Shown piece by piece: positions 52,101 to 59,984 of a stretch of 59,984 bases of DNA. This DNA is from Bacteroidota bacterium (GTDB lineage Bacteria > Bacteroidota > Bacteroidia > Bacteroidales > UBA12077). Where the stretch lies: assembly GCA_034661075.1 (NCBI GenBank), contig JAYEKP010000098.1, forward strand, positions 1-59,984. The letters run 5' to 3'. The number at the start of each line of letters is the position of its first letter. Within the stretch, counting starts at the first letter, position 1. The translations under genes and the position numbers were made by a program. Below the pieces are notes generated by a model that was not told the DNA's origin, ran no database searches, and worked only from the letters and a program-made list of their open reading frames with translations.

Positions 52101-52378
52101 CATAAATTCCCGTTATTATCTTCGGTAATTGCGATAACTTGATTTCCGGCAAGTCCATCAATGGTTGATTTAGTTTCAAAAATATTGCCATCGAATCTTG
52201 CGGCTCCTGCATTGGTACCTATCCACAAAAAACCTTTGCTATCTTTGTATATCGTATTAATCGTATTGTCTGGCAACTCATCATTGATAGTGTAATTACG
52301 GGTATAAAAATGTTGTCCTACTGTATTTTGGATAAATAAGAGCGTACTAAAAATACTAATCAGGATTATTTTTCTCAT
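49145..52378 (-). CDS. LytS-type sensor histidine kinase with beta-propeller and Y_Y_Y domains
   Basis: DSKGFLWIGT repeats, FQNLSPGNYRFRV, TM helix, LRAQMNPHFIFN, QPFVENAIKHG and DNGIG motifs. Confidence 0.93.
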   Translation of the reverse strand: MRKIILISIFSTLLFIQNTVGQHFYTRNYTINDELPDNTINTIYKDSKGFLWIGTNAGAARFDGNIFETKSTIDGLAGNQVIAITEDNNGNLWFGCNKGGITSYNGTEIHSFTIDDGLISNKITTLKYFEEFNLLCIGTENGLSVYDGEEFFSFPKNSIIPNQRFYITSFLATNQSIYVFTYDKGVYELNLNNNELNHLPVTHPLFYSSVSASHITKKKDTLIGINHVGFKGVGKENVFINDTLGNIADFIDDDETNIWIAVNNQFKNTGGLYQYKNQKLTYYNKCLNIKTQNISALAYDKKEKILWIGSENNGLYMYPKNNFLYYQPKDFEINNFPVNNLLVDNNHHIWFATSQNVVEILPDETYKTYPFALFEKEFHQFTKNAIKIKYYYLKDPTGSYEKYQRLIKKGKYPYPNPYLAYENNQEIIIPAASLYKPLKYDVLINKKLKNLNTIKKDQKGNIWIGSNVGLFKISKNKQTIKYYDLEAIDISNFVFGPDNELIVTSWNDVFVYPHIEKNLKRKVYNYFDGLAPVNIKRIKIHDDKIWLISRDHGIFLYNKGNFQSFSNKSLKINSFNDVCFDNTGNIIIGGENGIIYIATLKNDSIFTQFHISKKNDLLGTSIRWLNCTNEGYLIAGTNSGINIINLNLLYQKGQISLKKIEHIHGFKDYSGEISLIHEGNIWIGTHNYLIKGAIHDLLKSTGGNFNFYFKTIQVNNKPSNRLNDSIFYDQTLTHKQEFIFPSHKNSIAFNYDIIQFMDYDNIKFRYILEGLSEEWSEITNERRAAFQNLSPGNYRFRVKAINTTNFNSTKELSVNFNIKPPFWANWWFYVPATIFMIFLIWFIIYLRTKQIKKRERNLAEISERIAEFEMKALRAQMNPHFIFNAINSIQNYMLDNDIDAALGYLSDFAKLIRITLDNVVKKKVTLEEELNYLKFYLNLEKMRFDRHFDTEIILPNEFEQRKIEIPPMLIQPFVENAIKHGFIYKKEDAKLKLEFKIINDNILHCIIEDNGIGRQKSRELNRKNNKSHQSKGSFITQERLMLLNNSQSRKGYHINTTDLYDDYNLPCGTRVEITIPI

Positions 52379-53145
52379 TCTTTTTTCAGTCGCTTGTCTT
52401 TAGTTAATGCTTTTAAGAATTCTTCGTTTCGGCGTGTGGCCACATCCAGCTCGATGCCATTATCAAGTTTTATTTTATACCCATCGGTTTTACTATACGA
52501 TTTAATATAGTTCATATTTACCAGGTGAGATTTATGAATACGGAAGAATAGCTCTTCGGGCAACATTTCTTCAATACTTTTTAAGTTGCGTGCTACCAAA
52601 ATAGCTTCGTTCCGGTTGGTAAAAATTTTGGTATAACTCTCTTCGGCCTGGCAATACACTATATTGTTTACTTTTTCTAATTGAAAACCATCCAGTGTGG
52701 GAAGAGCAATTTTATTAAAATTCCCATTATCACTATTTAATGTACTTAAAAAGGCTTCTATTTGTTCCGTATTCGAAGAGCTTTTCTGTTTTTTTTCCAG
52801 CCGGGTAAGGACTTCACGTAAATCAATATAATTAATGGGTTTAAGTAAATAATCCAATGCAGCAAATTTTATTGCATCTATGGCATATTGCTTATAGGCA
52901 GTAGTAAAAATTACCTCGAAGTTGTAAATATCAAAATAATCGAACAGCTTAAACCCATTCTCTTCAGGCATTTCAATATCAAGAAAAATAATATCTGGCC
53001 TGTATTTATTTATAGCAAAGACTCCTTCTTTAACCGAATCGGCCATAAAAACAATTTGCAGCTGAGAACTAAAATAACGTTGAATAATTTTTTCTAAAGC
53101 TTCTCTTGCGTTCTTCTCATCATCAATAATAATACAGGTTCTCAT
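52375..53145 (-). CDS. LytTR-family response regulator
   Basis: IDDE, FLDIEMP, FTTAY, DYLLKP and FFRIHKSHLVN motifs. Confidence 0.95.
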   Translation of the reverse strand: MRTCIIIDDEKNAREALEKIIQRYFSSQLQIVFMADSVKEGVFAINKYRPDIIFLDIEMPEENGFKLFDYFDIYNFEVIFTTAYKQYAIDAIKFAALDYLLKPINYIDLREVLTRLEKKQKSSSNTEQIEAFLSTLNSDNGNFNKIALPTLDGFQLEKVNNIVYCQAEESYTKIFTNRNEAILVARNLKSIEEMLPEELFFRIHKSHLVNMNYIKSYSKTDGYKIKLDNGIELDVATRRNEEFLKALTKDKRLKKE

Positions 53146-53224
53146 AAAATAAACTCAATTTTTATTTTTTATATTGCTTAATTAAAGATAGAAGATTAAA
53201 AATTGTTATCAAAATACTTTTATT

Positions 53225-54079
53225 TTAAATTTTATCTTCAGTTTCAATATGATATTCTACTAACTTTTTTATTGGATCTTTTACAATTTTTGTAATGTTA
53301 ATCCTGTAAATTTGAGCGGTATCCTCCAGTTCTGATTTTAGGGAATGAGCTACAGATCCTACAAATCCTAACGAATAGTTTTGATAATCCGGATATTGGC
53401 AAATATACTTTTCAAAAAGTTCTTGTATGGATTGCTGAATTAATTTTTTTACATACGGATGGTTTTTATTTTTGATAATAAAGGGAGTAAACGAAGCTAA
53501 AAATTTGCTTGGTGATGGTTTTTTGTAAATCGAATAGATAATATCAGCACTACTTAAAGTATAATTTTTATGAAAATTTTTTATTAGATCTTTGGGTAAA
53601 TGGTTATGCAGATAATCAATCATAAGCAATTTTCCTAAATGAGCACCGCTTCCTTCATCGCCCAAAGCAAACCCAAGCGAATTAATTTGATGGGTAATTG
53701 TTTTCCCATTGTAAATTCCTGTATTTGAGCCGGTACCCATAATGGCTATAACTCCTCTTTGATTGAAAAATACAGCCCTGGCAGCTCCGAGCAAATCACT
53801 TTCTATGGTTATTTTTGACCCTGGAAAAACATCATTGCATCCTTCAAAAATAATTTGTTTTGTTTGTGGCGAAGAACATCCTGCACCATAAAAGTATATG
53901 TTTTGAATTTTTTCTTGATTTATAGTATCGGGGAAATTGTGCATTATTTCTTGACTGATTGTTGCACTGTTAATAAAATATGGATTAAACCCATTGGTTC
54001 TGAAAGAATAAATTACGCTTCCCTTATCTATAACTGACCAGTTTGTTTTGGTCGATCCGCTATCGGCAACAATAATCAT
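53225..54079 (-). CDS. N-acetylglucosamine kinase-like (BadF/BadG/BcrA/BcrD) protein
   Basis: ADSGSTKT.W, FYGAGC, SDLLGAARA, GTGSN and LGDEGSG motifs. Confidence 0.88.
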   Translation of the reverse strand: MIIVADSGSTKTNWSVIDKGSVIYSFRTNGFNPYFINSATISQEIMHNFPDTINQEKIQNIYFYGAGCSSPQTKQIIFEGCNDVFPGSKITIESDLLGAARAVFFNQRGVIAIMGTGSNTGIYNGKTITHQINSLGFALGDEGSGAHLGKLLMIDYLHNHLPKDLIKNFHKNYTLSSADIIYSIYKKPSPSKFLASFTPFIIKNKNHPYVKKLIQQSIQELFEKYICQYPDYQNYSLGFVGSVAHSLKSELEDTAQIYRINITKIVKDPIKKLVEYHIETEDKI

Positions 54080-54084
54080 CGTTT

Positions 54085-55704
54085 TTAGTTGGTTTTAGAT
54101 ACATATTTTAAATTTAATAAATTCATCGGATTGCATTCGAATCCATTAATGTTATGATGTACAAAACGTACCACCTCGTCGTAATATAAGGGAACAACCA
54201 CTGCATCATTAATAATTATCCGGTCCATTTGTCGGTACAATTTATATCGAATAGAATCAACGGTTTGTTCCATTGCTTTTTGGTAAAGATGATCAAATGA
54301 TTGGTTTGCATAATGCGTATAATTAGGGCCTGTTGGACTAAAATTTTTACTGTAAAACAATGCCATATAATTCTCTGCATCCGGATAGTCGGCAATCCAG
54401 GAACCACGGAAAAATTCAAGCTTCGAATGGGAGACCATTTCTCTGAATGTAGCTCCTGTGCTAACATCTATATTTATTTCAATACCAAATTGCGAGAGCT
54501 CTTGCTGAATGTATTCACATAAATCGAGATAATCACTGGTAGTGGTGAGGTTTATCGGAGCTAACCCTTCTCCGTTTGGGTATCCGGCCTCTTTTAATAA
54601 CGTCCTTGTTTTCCCCGGGTTATATTCATACCCTTTAACTTTACTTGAAAATGAAGGCATTCCTTTAGGGATAAATCCATTGGTAGCTGGTGTCCCAATG
54701 TTATTACGCAGGTATTTCATCATTTTTTTACGGTCGAATCCGTAATTTATAGCTTGTCGGATTTTTTTATTTTTTACCGGTGAATCTTTAGTGGATATTT
54801 TGGAGGTGTCGAGCAAAAATCCCAGATATTCAGTGTTTAGGTAAGGTTGTGAAATCATTTTGATTTGGCCTTTGTATTTTGGATTTAACCGCCCGTTTCG
54901 GGTGATCAATTCATCTTTATTTGCCGGGCTTAGTCCTGAAATAAAATCGATATTGCCTTTTAAAAATTCTAAAAATTCCGATTGTTTATCGTTAATAAAA
55001 GTTATAGATATGGCATCGAGATAAGGCAACGGATTTCCTTCTTCATCTTTTTCAAAATAGTTGGGATTTTTGGTGAGAATGAGTTTTTCCCCTTCTTTCC
55101 AGAACTTAATCTGAAAAGGTCCGGTACCTATCGGATGGTTTCTGAAATCCTGCTTGTAATAATCTATGGCTTCTTTAGGTACAACAGAACAATAGGGCAT
55201 TGTGAGCAGTCCTAAAAAAGCAGGAAAAGGATTTTTAAGTTTGATTTGCAACGTGGTATCATTTAGGGCAGCAATCCCGTTTTCTGCCACCTGGTTAAAT
55301 ATCCATGCTCCGGGTGATCCCGTTTTAGGATTTATAATCCGATGGAGGCTGTACTCAAAATCATGTGCGGTTACGATTCGTCCTTTTTCATTGGGGAATA
55401 CCTTTGAGTTATGAAACCGGACATCCGTCCTTAAATAAAAAGTATAGTGTTTTCCGTTTTTTGCTATTTCCCATGATTTGGCAATACAAGGTTTAATAAA
55501 TAGCTTTTTGTCCATTTGGACAAGGCCGTTAAAAAGTTGATTAACAGGCCAAATGAGTACCTGGCTTTTGGCAAAAGCCGGATCGAGCGTAGCTATCCCT
55601 TTCGATTCGTTGTAGCGAAAAACATTAGGATGCCTGATTGTATTTTCTGTGCAAGAGAAAAAAAGTAGGGATAAGAAGATGGTTAAAACTGCCGGTTTTA
55701 TCAT
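54085..55704 (-). CDS. ABC transporter substrate-binding lipoprotein, family 5
   Basis: Lipobox FFSC; TLDPA, GTGPF, RQAINY and WIADYPD motifs. Confidence 0.92.
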   Translation of the reverse strand: MIKPAVLTIFLSLLFFSCTENTIRHPNVFRYNESKGIATLDPAFAKSQVLIWPVNQLFNGLVQMDKKLFIKPCIAKSWEIAKNGKHYTFYLRTDVRFHNSKVFPNEKGRIVTAHDFEYSLHRIINPKTGSPGAWIFNQVAENGIAALNDTTLQIKLKNPFPAFLGLLTMPYCSVVPKEAIDYYKQDFRNHPIGTGPFQIKFWKEGEKLILTKNPNYFEKDEEGNPLPYLDAISITFINDKQSEFLEFLKGNIDFISGLSPANKDELITRNGRLNPKYKGQIKMISQPYLNTEYLGFLLDTSKISTKDSPVKNKKIRQAINYGFDRKKMMKYLRNNIGTPATNGFIPKGMPSFSSKVKGYEYNPGKTRTLLKEAGYPNGEGLAPINLTTTSDYLDLCEYIQQELSQFGIEINIDVSTGATFREMVSHSKLEFFRGSWIADYPDAENYMALFYSKNFSPTGPNYTHYANQSFDHLYQKAMEQTVDSIRYKLYRQMDRIIINDAVVVPLYYDEVVRFVHHNINGFECNPMNLLNLKYVSKTN

Positions 55705-55753
55705 GGGTATTTACTTTTTGCAAAAATAGGTAAAAGTTACGAAACCCATCATT

Positions 55754-55788
55754 AAAAAAGCCAGAAACCTAATGTCTCTGACTTTCTT
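55754..55788 (-). terminator. Orphan intrinsic terminator
   Basis: Minus strand aaagtcagagac-attag-gtttctggcttt followed by TTT. Confidence 0.7.
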
Positions 55789-55883
55789 AATACCCTAAAA
55801 ATTAAACCTAAAATTTAAATGAAAAAACTGTCCCTTAAACAAAACTTGACTACAGACACTAAAGTCGATAAGTAAACAATTTA
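55754..55883 (-). ncRNA. Candidate small RNA (about 130 nt)
   Basis: TATATTAG -7-like box at 55889-55896 (minus), no ORF in the track, own terminator; neighbours have separate signals. Confidence 0.4.
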
Positions 55884-56019
55884 TTTTGCTAATATAACGA
55901 TTTTGACTTTAAAATTGTTTCAAATTTTTAGCATAAAAATCAATTTTTTTTATAAGCTTATGTTGTGTATTTCAGCAAACTATTGACAAATCAACATCCT
56001 GGAATGTTTATCCAAAAAT

Positions 56020-56053
56020 AAAAAAACCGACACAATAATTTATGCCGGTTTTT
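56020..56053 (-). terminator. Terminator of the TonB-dependent receptor
   Basis: aaaaccg..cggtttt hairpin with an A-tract, 80 nt past the stop. Confidence 0.65.
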
Positions 56054-56131
56054 AAAGATACTGAAAGTTTATTTACCTAACCTGACATATTCATAAATAT
56101 TATATTTCCCAATATTTATGAATAATGCAAG

Positions 56132-58576
56132 CTAAAATTTTAGGGTTAAACCACCCATAATATTTATTCCTGCTTGTGGGAAATAACCATCCATAACATA
56201 TTCTTCGCCGCCTAAAATGTAACGATAAACCCAGGCGTTGGATTCGTATTGGTGGTTAAATATATTATTTACCATCAGGTTAATCCCTATTTCTTTTATT
56301 TTATTAGTATTTATTGTATAACTTAATTTCACATCATTAACAAAGTAAGGATCAATAGAACGCTTATTATTTGATGTATTGTCAATGTATTGTTTTCCAA
56401 CATATTTTGAAATTAATTCGGTTTTGAATCTTTTAGTAATATCATAAGATATTGTAGTATTTGCAATTACTTCTGGCGAAAAGGAGAGGTCTGTTTGTCC
56501 CAGGTTTCTTTCTTCTTGCCCCCATGTATCCCAGTTATCTACATATTCTGTAAAATCATTAATTTTATTTTTACTTAAAGTAATATTTGCATCTACTTGC
56601 AACTTATTTAAAAATCTGATACCTCCCGAAAGTTCTAATCCTAACCGGAAGCTTTCGTCTACATTGGTCATAATTGCAGAGCCAACATCATTAATTTCTC
56701 CGGTTAAAACCAATTGATCTTTGTAAAACATATAATAAACATTGGCCTTTAAATATTTGTTGGTAGATTTGAAATTGTAGCCTAATTCAAAATCGTATAA
56801 TGTTTCAAATGTTGGTGCCGGATGGTTAGGGTCTGCATCGGTATAATTGCTTCGATTTGGCTCTCGGTTGGCAACTGCGAAAGTAAGGAAGCTTGAATGC
56901 AAGTCGTTAATTTCATAAAAAAGCCCAAGCTTAGGATTGAAAAAACTAAAATTGTGGCTTTGAGTTATATCCCTCAAATCATCATCAATCCCATTAATAT
57001 CATAATCTATTTTTCGGTATTGCAGATCGATAAAAGTGCTTAGTTGCGACGTAAAATGGTATTTTAATTTTGAGTAGATATTAAAATCTTTTTTATCGCC
57101 GTCTCCTTCGTACCATCTGTGTCTCATGTCTCCATTGCTGGCAAATTGTGCCCAGATTACTTCGCCAAAATGATCACCAATATATTTATTCCATCCTCCG
57201 CCTACAGTTATTTCGTATTTATCCTGTTTATAATCAACAGAGAAAATTCCTCCATAAAAATGATTGTCGAGCCATTTTTGTTGGATAAGGTCAGTGCTTG
57301 TTATCGTATCGTTTCCTATGATTTCATTGTCGAGGAGGTAATCTTCAAAGTCACGGTCTTTTTTATATTGTTCGTAGAAACCTCGTCCACGTGTATAATG
57401 CAATGCTGTATTAATATGAAAATCAGGATTTATTTCGTATGAGTAAAACAATTGATAATGATCTTGTTGATAATTATCGGTCTCATTATCATAGGTATAT
57501 AAATTATAGGTGCGGCTATCTGAATTTATCATGTGTTCATATTCTTCTTCGTCGATTAACCAATGGTCAAGATAACGCTGCATTCCTTCATAATCATCTT
57601 TAAGCCGTACTTTTGGGATGCCGTTCCATGCCTGGTATGTTTTTTCTTTGCCCGAAATGATATTAACTTTTAAAATACTACTGCTGGAATGATATGCTCC
57701 TGATAAATAAAATGATTTTAGGTCAGACGAGGCTCTATCTATAAACCCATCGGAGGTAACTTTTGATAAGCGTCCGTCAAAAGTGAATTTATTGTTAAGC
57801 AGACCTGTGCCGAAACTTACGGAGTTTCTGAAAGTGTTAAAAGAGCCTGCATAAGAGTTAATCTCAGCATAGGCATCTTTATGATAGGTTTTGGTTTGTA
57901 GGTTCAGTGTTGCACCAAACGAAGCAGCTCCTTGTGTAGAAGTTCCTACGCCACGTTGTATCTGGATGTTATTTACCGAGGACAATAAGTCGGGCATATC
58001 TACAAACCAAACTCCATGAGATTCGGCATCGTTCACCGGAATCCCGTTTACGGTAATGTTAATCCGGTTTATGTCAGATCCGCGAACTCGGAAATAGGTA
58101 TAACCCACACCGGTTCCTGCATCCGATGTGGAAACAATAGAAGGAGTGCGGCTAAGCAAATAAGGAATATCCTGCGTAAAATTATTTTCTTTAATTTGAC
58201 GATTGGAGATATTGGTAAAAGATACCGGGTCATTCATTTTTGTCCGTGTTGCTTTTATGATTACATCATCCGTAAGGATATTAGAAGGTTCGAGAATAAA
58301 TTCTAAATATTTGGATGCTTTAACCTTAATAGTTTTTTCAAGGGTTTTGTAGCCAATATAAGAAATGATAAAAGTATAACTACCGGGTTTTAGTTTTGAT
58401 AATTTGAACTCTCCATTTGTATTGGTTGCCGTCCCCCTGTATGTTTCTTTTATGGTAATGTTAGCTCCTATAAGAGGTTCTCCTTTTTTATTTTTTACTA
58501 CTCCAGAAATGGTTTGCTGAGCATAAGCAGGCAGCATAAATGATACTAAAAGAAAAATAAATACTATCCTTTTCAT
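56132..58576 (-). CDS. TonB-dependent receptor, probable thiamine transporter
   Basis: CarboxypepD-like N-domain, plug (RVRGSD..RINITVNGIP.ND.ESH; QRGVGTS), C-terminal Phe; TPP riboswitch upstream. Confidence 0.9.
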   Translation of the reverse strand: MKRIVFIFLLVSFMLPAYAQQTISGVVKNKKGEPLIGANITIKETYRGTATNTNGEFKLSKLKPGSYTFIISYIGYKTLEKTIKVKASKYLEFILEPSNILTDDVIIKATRTKMNDPVSFTNISNRQIKENNFTQDIPYLLSRTPSIVSTSDAGTGVGYTYFRVRGSDINRINITVNGIPVNDAESHGVWFVDMPDLLSSVNNIQIQRGVGTSTQGAASFGATLNLQTKTYHKDAYAEINSYAGSFNTFRNSVSFGTGLLNNKFTFDGRLSKVTSDGFIDRASSDLKSFYLSGAYHSSSSILKVNIISGKEKTYQAWNGIPKVRLKDDYEGMQRYLDHWLIDEEEYEHMINSDSRTYNLYTYDNETDNYQQDHYQLFYSYEINPDFHINTALHYTRGRGFYEQYKKDRDFEDYLLDNEIIGNDTITSTDLIQQKWLDNHFYGGIFSVDYKQDKYEITVGGGWNKYIGDHFGEVIWAQFASNGDMRHRWYEGDGDKKDFNIYSKLKYHFTSQLSTFIDLQYRKIDYDINGIDDDLRDITQSHNFSFFNPKLGLFYEINDLHSSFLTFAVANREPNRSNYTDADPNHPAPTFETLYDFELGYNFKSTNKYLKANVYYMFYKDQLVLTGEINDVGSAIMTNVDESFRLGLELSGGIRFLNKLQVDANITLSKNKINDFTEYVDNWDTWGQEERNLGQTDLSFSPEVIANTTISYDITKRFKTELISKYVGKQYIDNTSNNKRSIDPYFVNDVKLSYTINTNKIKEIGINLMVNNIFNHQYESNAWVYRYILGGEEYVMDGYFPQAGINIMGGLTLKF

Positions 58577-58759
58577 TGTTTTTAAATTTTTAATCGATTC
58601 ATACAATTGGATAGTTGATTTTGAACGGTATAGCTTACAGAATGAATCTGAGGCCTCAGATAAATCATTGTTTTTATAAATAATGATTACGTTTACTTAT
58701 TTCCTAAGCAAACAGCACAAATCAACTATAATAAAAATAATGGGAAATTTTTGATTTAC

Positions 58760-58840
58760 TCTTTTTCCCTATCCGGAATTACCCGGACCAGGTTCGAAGG
58801 GTATGATCTCAGCCTGTAATATTTGGCACCCCATTGGATG
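58760..58840 (-). promoter_or_regulatory. TPP riboswitch
   Basis: Minus strand GGGGTGC..GGCTGAGA.CATACCC.TCGAACCTG.TCCGGGTAATTCCGG.TAGGGA; -7 box TACATTTG at 58844-58851. Confidence 0.92.
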
Positions 58841-58872
58841 GTTCAAATGTAAAGCTAATTTTTGGTGTAAAC

Positions 58873-58898
58873 AAAAAAACCGGCAAAAATGCCGGCTT
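58873..58898 (-). terminator. Terminator after thioredoxin
   Basis: ccggc-aaaaat-gccgg with an A7 tract. Confidence 0.75.
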
Positions 58899-58923
58899 TA
58901 ATTATATAGAGTCTAATAAATGT

Positions 58924-59286
58924 TTAGTTTTCTTCAACATTAAGTACATCTTTCATCGCTTTTACTAGCGAGTCTTTGGGTAATGCACCCTGTGCTATTT
59001 GTGGTTGTCCGTCCTTCGGAACAAAAAGTAGCGAAGGAATACTTCTGATTCCAAACATCGCTGCTAACTCTTGCTGATCCTCTGTATCTACTTTATAAAT
59101 ATTAATTTTTCCATTGTATTCTTCTGATAATTCTTCCAAAATAGGAGCTACCATTTTACAAGGCTGACACCAATCAGCATAAAAATCGATTAAACAGGGT
59201 AAATCACCTTCAAATTTCCAATCTTTATTTTCTTCCCAGTTAAAAACCTTTTCCTTAAATGTTTCTTTTGTTAAATGTTCTAGCAT
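58924..59286 (-). CDS. trxA: Thioredoxin
   Basis: DFYADWCQPCK and FGIRSIP motifs. Confidence 0.9.
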   Translation of the reverse strand: MLEHLTKETFKEKVFNWEENKDWKFEGDLPCLIDFYADWCQPCKMVAPILEELSEEYNGKINIYKVDTEDQQELAAMFGIRSIPSLLFVPKDGQPQIAQGALPKDSLVKAMKDVLNVEEN

Positions 59287-59465
59287 TACTTTTTTAATTT
59301 TATTAGTTATTGATTAAAATATTTATATTTCTAAAATACTAAATATATGAATTTATGATGATTTATCAAATTATATTCCAAATGTTAAAATACACTAAAT
59401 AGTTCAAATAAAATGTAAATAATTGTAATTTTGTCATGTGTTTCAATAAATTGTCATATATATAT

Positions 59466-59984
59466 ATGAAGAAATGTCTTAATAATAAAATTTTTAAAAT
59501 TATTTCTGATGTAGCCGATAAAAACAAACTGCCAACTTTTGTAATTGGTGGTTTTGTTCGAGATTGTTTATTAAAAAGGCCATCGAAAGATATTGATATT
59601 GTTACCGAAGGGAGTGGAATAAAATTAGCCAAAGAAGTTGCTCATGAAATTAATCCAACCTTAAAAGTAAGTGTGTTTAAGAATTTTGGCACAGCAATGT
59701 TTAAATACGATGATTTGGAAATTGAGTTTGTTGGCACTAGAAAAGAGTCGTATCGAAAAAGTTCTCGCAAACCTATTGTTGAAGATGGGACCCTTGAAGA
59801 TGACCAAAAACGAAGAGATTTTACGATAAATGCTTTAGCTATTGGATTAAATAAATCAAATTATGGGCAATTGGTCGATCCTTTCGACGGACTTGATGAT
59901 TTGAAAAATAAGATAATTAGAACACCCTTAAATCCTGATACTACATTTTCTGATGACCCTTTGCGTATGTTTCGTGCCATTCGG
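59466..59984 (+). CDS. CCA-adding tRNA nucleotidyltransferase / poly(A) polymerase family, runs off the window (not in ORF track)
   Basis: MKKCLNNKIF..VIGGFVRD..KDIDIV..RRDFTINALA..DPFDG..FSDDPLRMFRAIR. Confidence 0.93.
   Translation, partial: MKKCLNNKIFKIISDVADKNKLPTFVIGGFVRDCLLKRPSKDIDIVTEGSGIKLAKEVAHEINPTLKVSVFKNFGTAMFKYDDLEIEFVGTRKESYRKSSRKPIVEDGTLEDDQKRRDFTINALAIGLNKSNYGQLVDPFDGLDDLKNKIIRTPLNPDTTFSDDPLRMFRAIR

Noticed and set aside
191-58306. Numerous 60-130 aa ORFs overlapping long genes on the opposite strand or alternate frame
   Set aside because: Shadow ORFs of well-supported genes with no recognisable motifs
59366-59632. 88-aa minus-strand ORF
   Set aside because: Antisense to the CCA-adding enzyme gene

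Overview
AT-rich chromosomal window from a Bacteroidota (Bacteroidales/Marinilabiliales-like) genome, judged from TAnnTTTG promoters, T9SS parts and Gln-after-signal-peptide proteins. Both ends carry housekeeping genes (fsa, miaA, ffs, nnr, pepD, trxA, CCA-adding enzyme, TPP-riboswitch TonB receptor). The most notable region is 17.4-33.5 kb. A 3154-aa secreted adhesin-like protein and a 315-aa secreted Ig-like protein share a position-matched, non-canonical C-terminal motif (P-x-[ST]-G-x-[VI]-Y-H-I-x-N-x-[WF]-x-x-stop). They are followed by a small type-B-CTD protein and a PorP/SprF barrel, which together suggest a candidate T9SS-anchored filament/pilus system (inference). Both motif genes are preceded by a duplicated cassette of REP-like hairpins. 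A broken HEPN-MNT pair sits inside the locus, and a frameshifted RAYT flanked by REP direct repeats follows it. Short palindromes are repeatedly nested inside other palindromes. Accessory genes show ongoing erosion: 5 in-frame stops and 4 frameshifts, including most of a sigma54-regulated efflux locus. The 9.5-kb adhesin ORF stays intact. All family assignments come from motif recognition by eye, not database searches.
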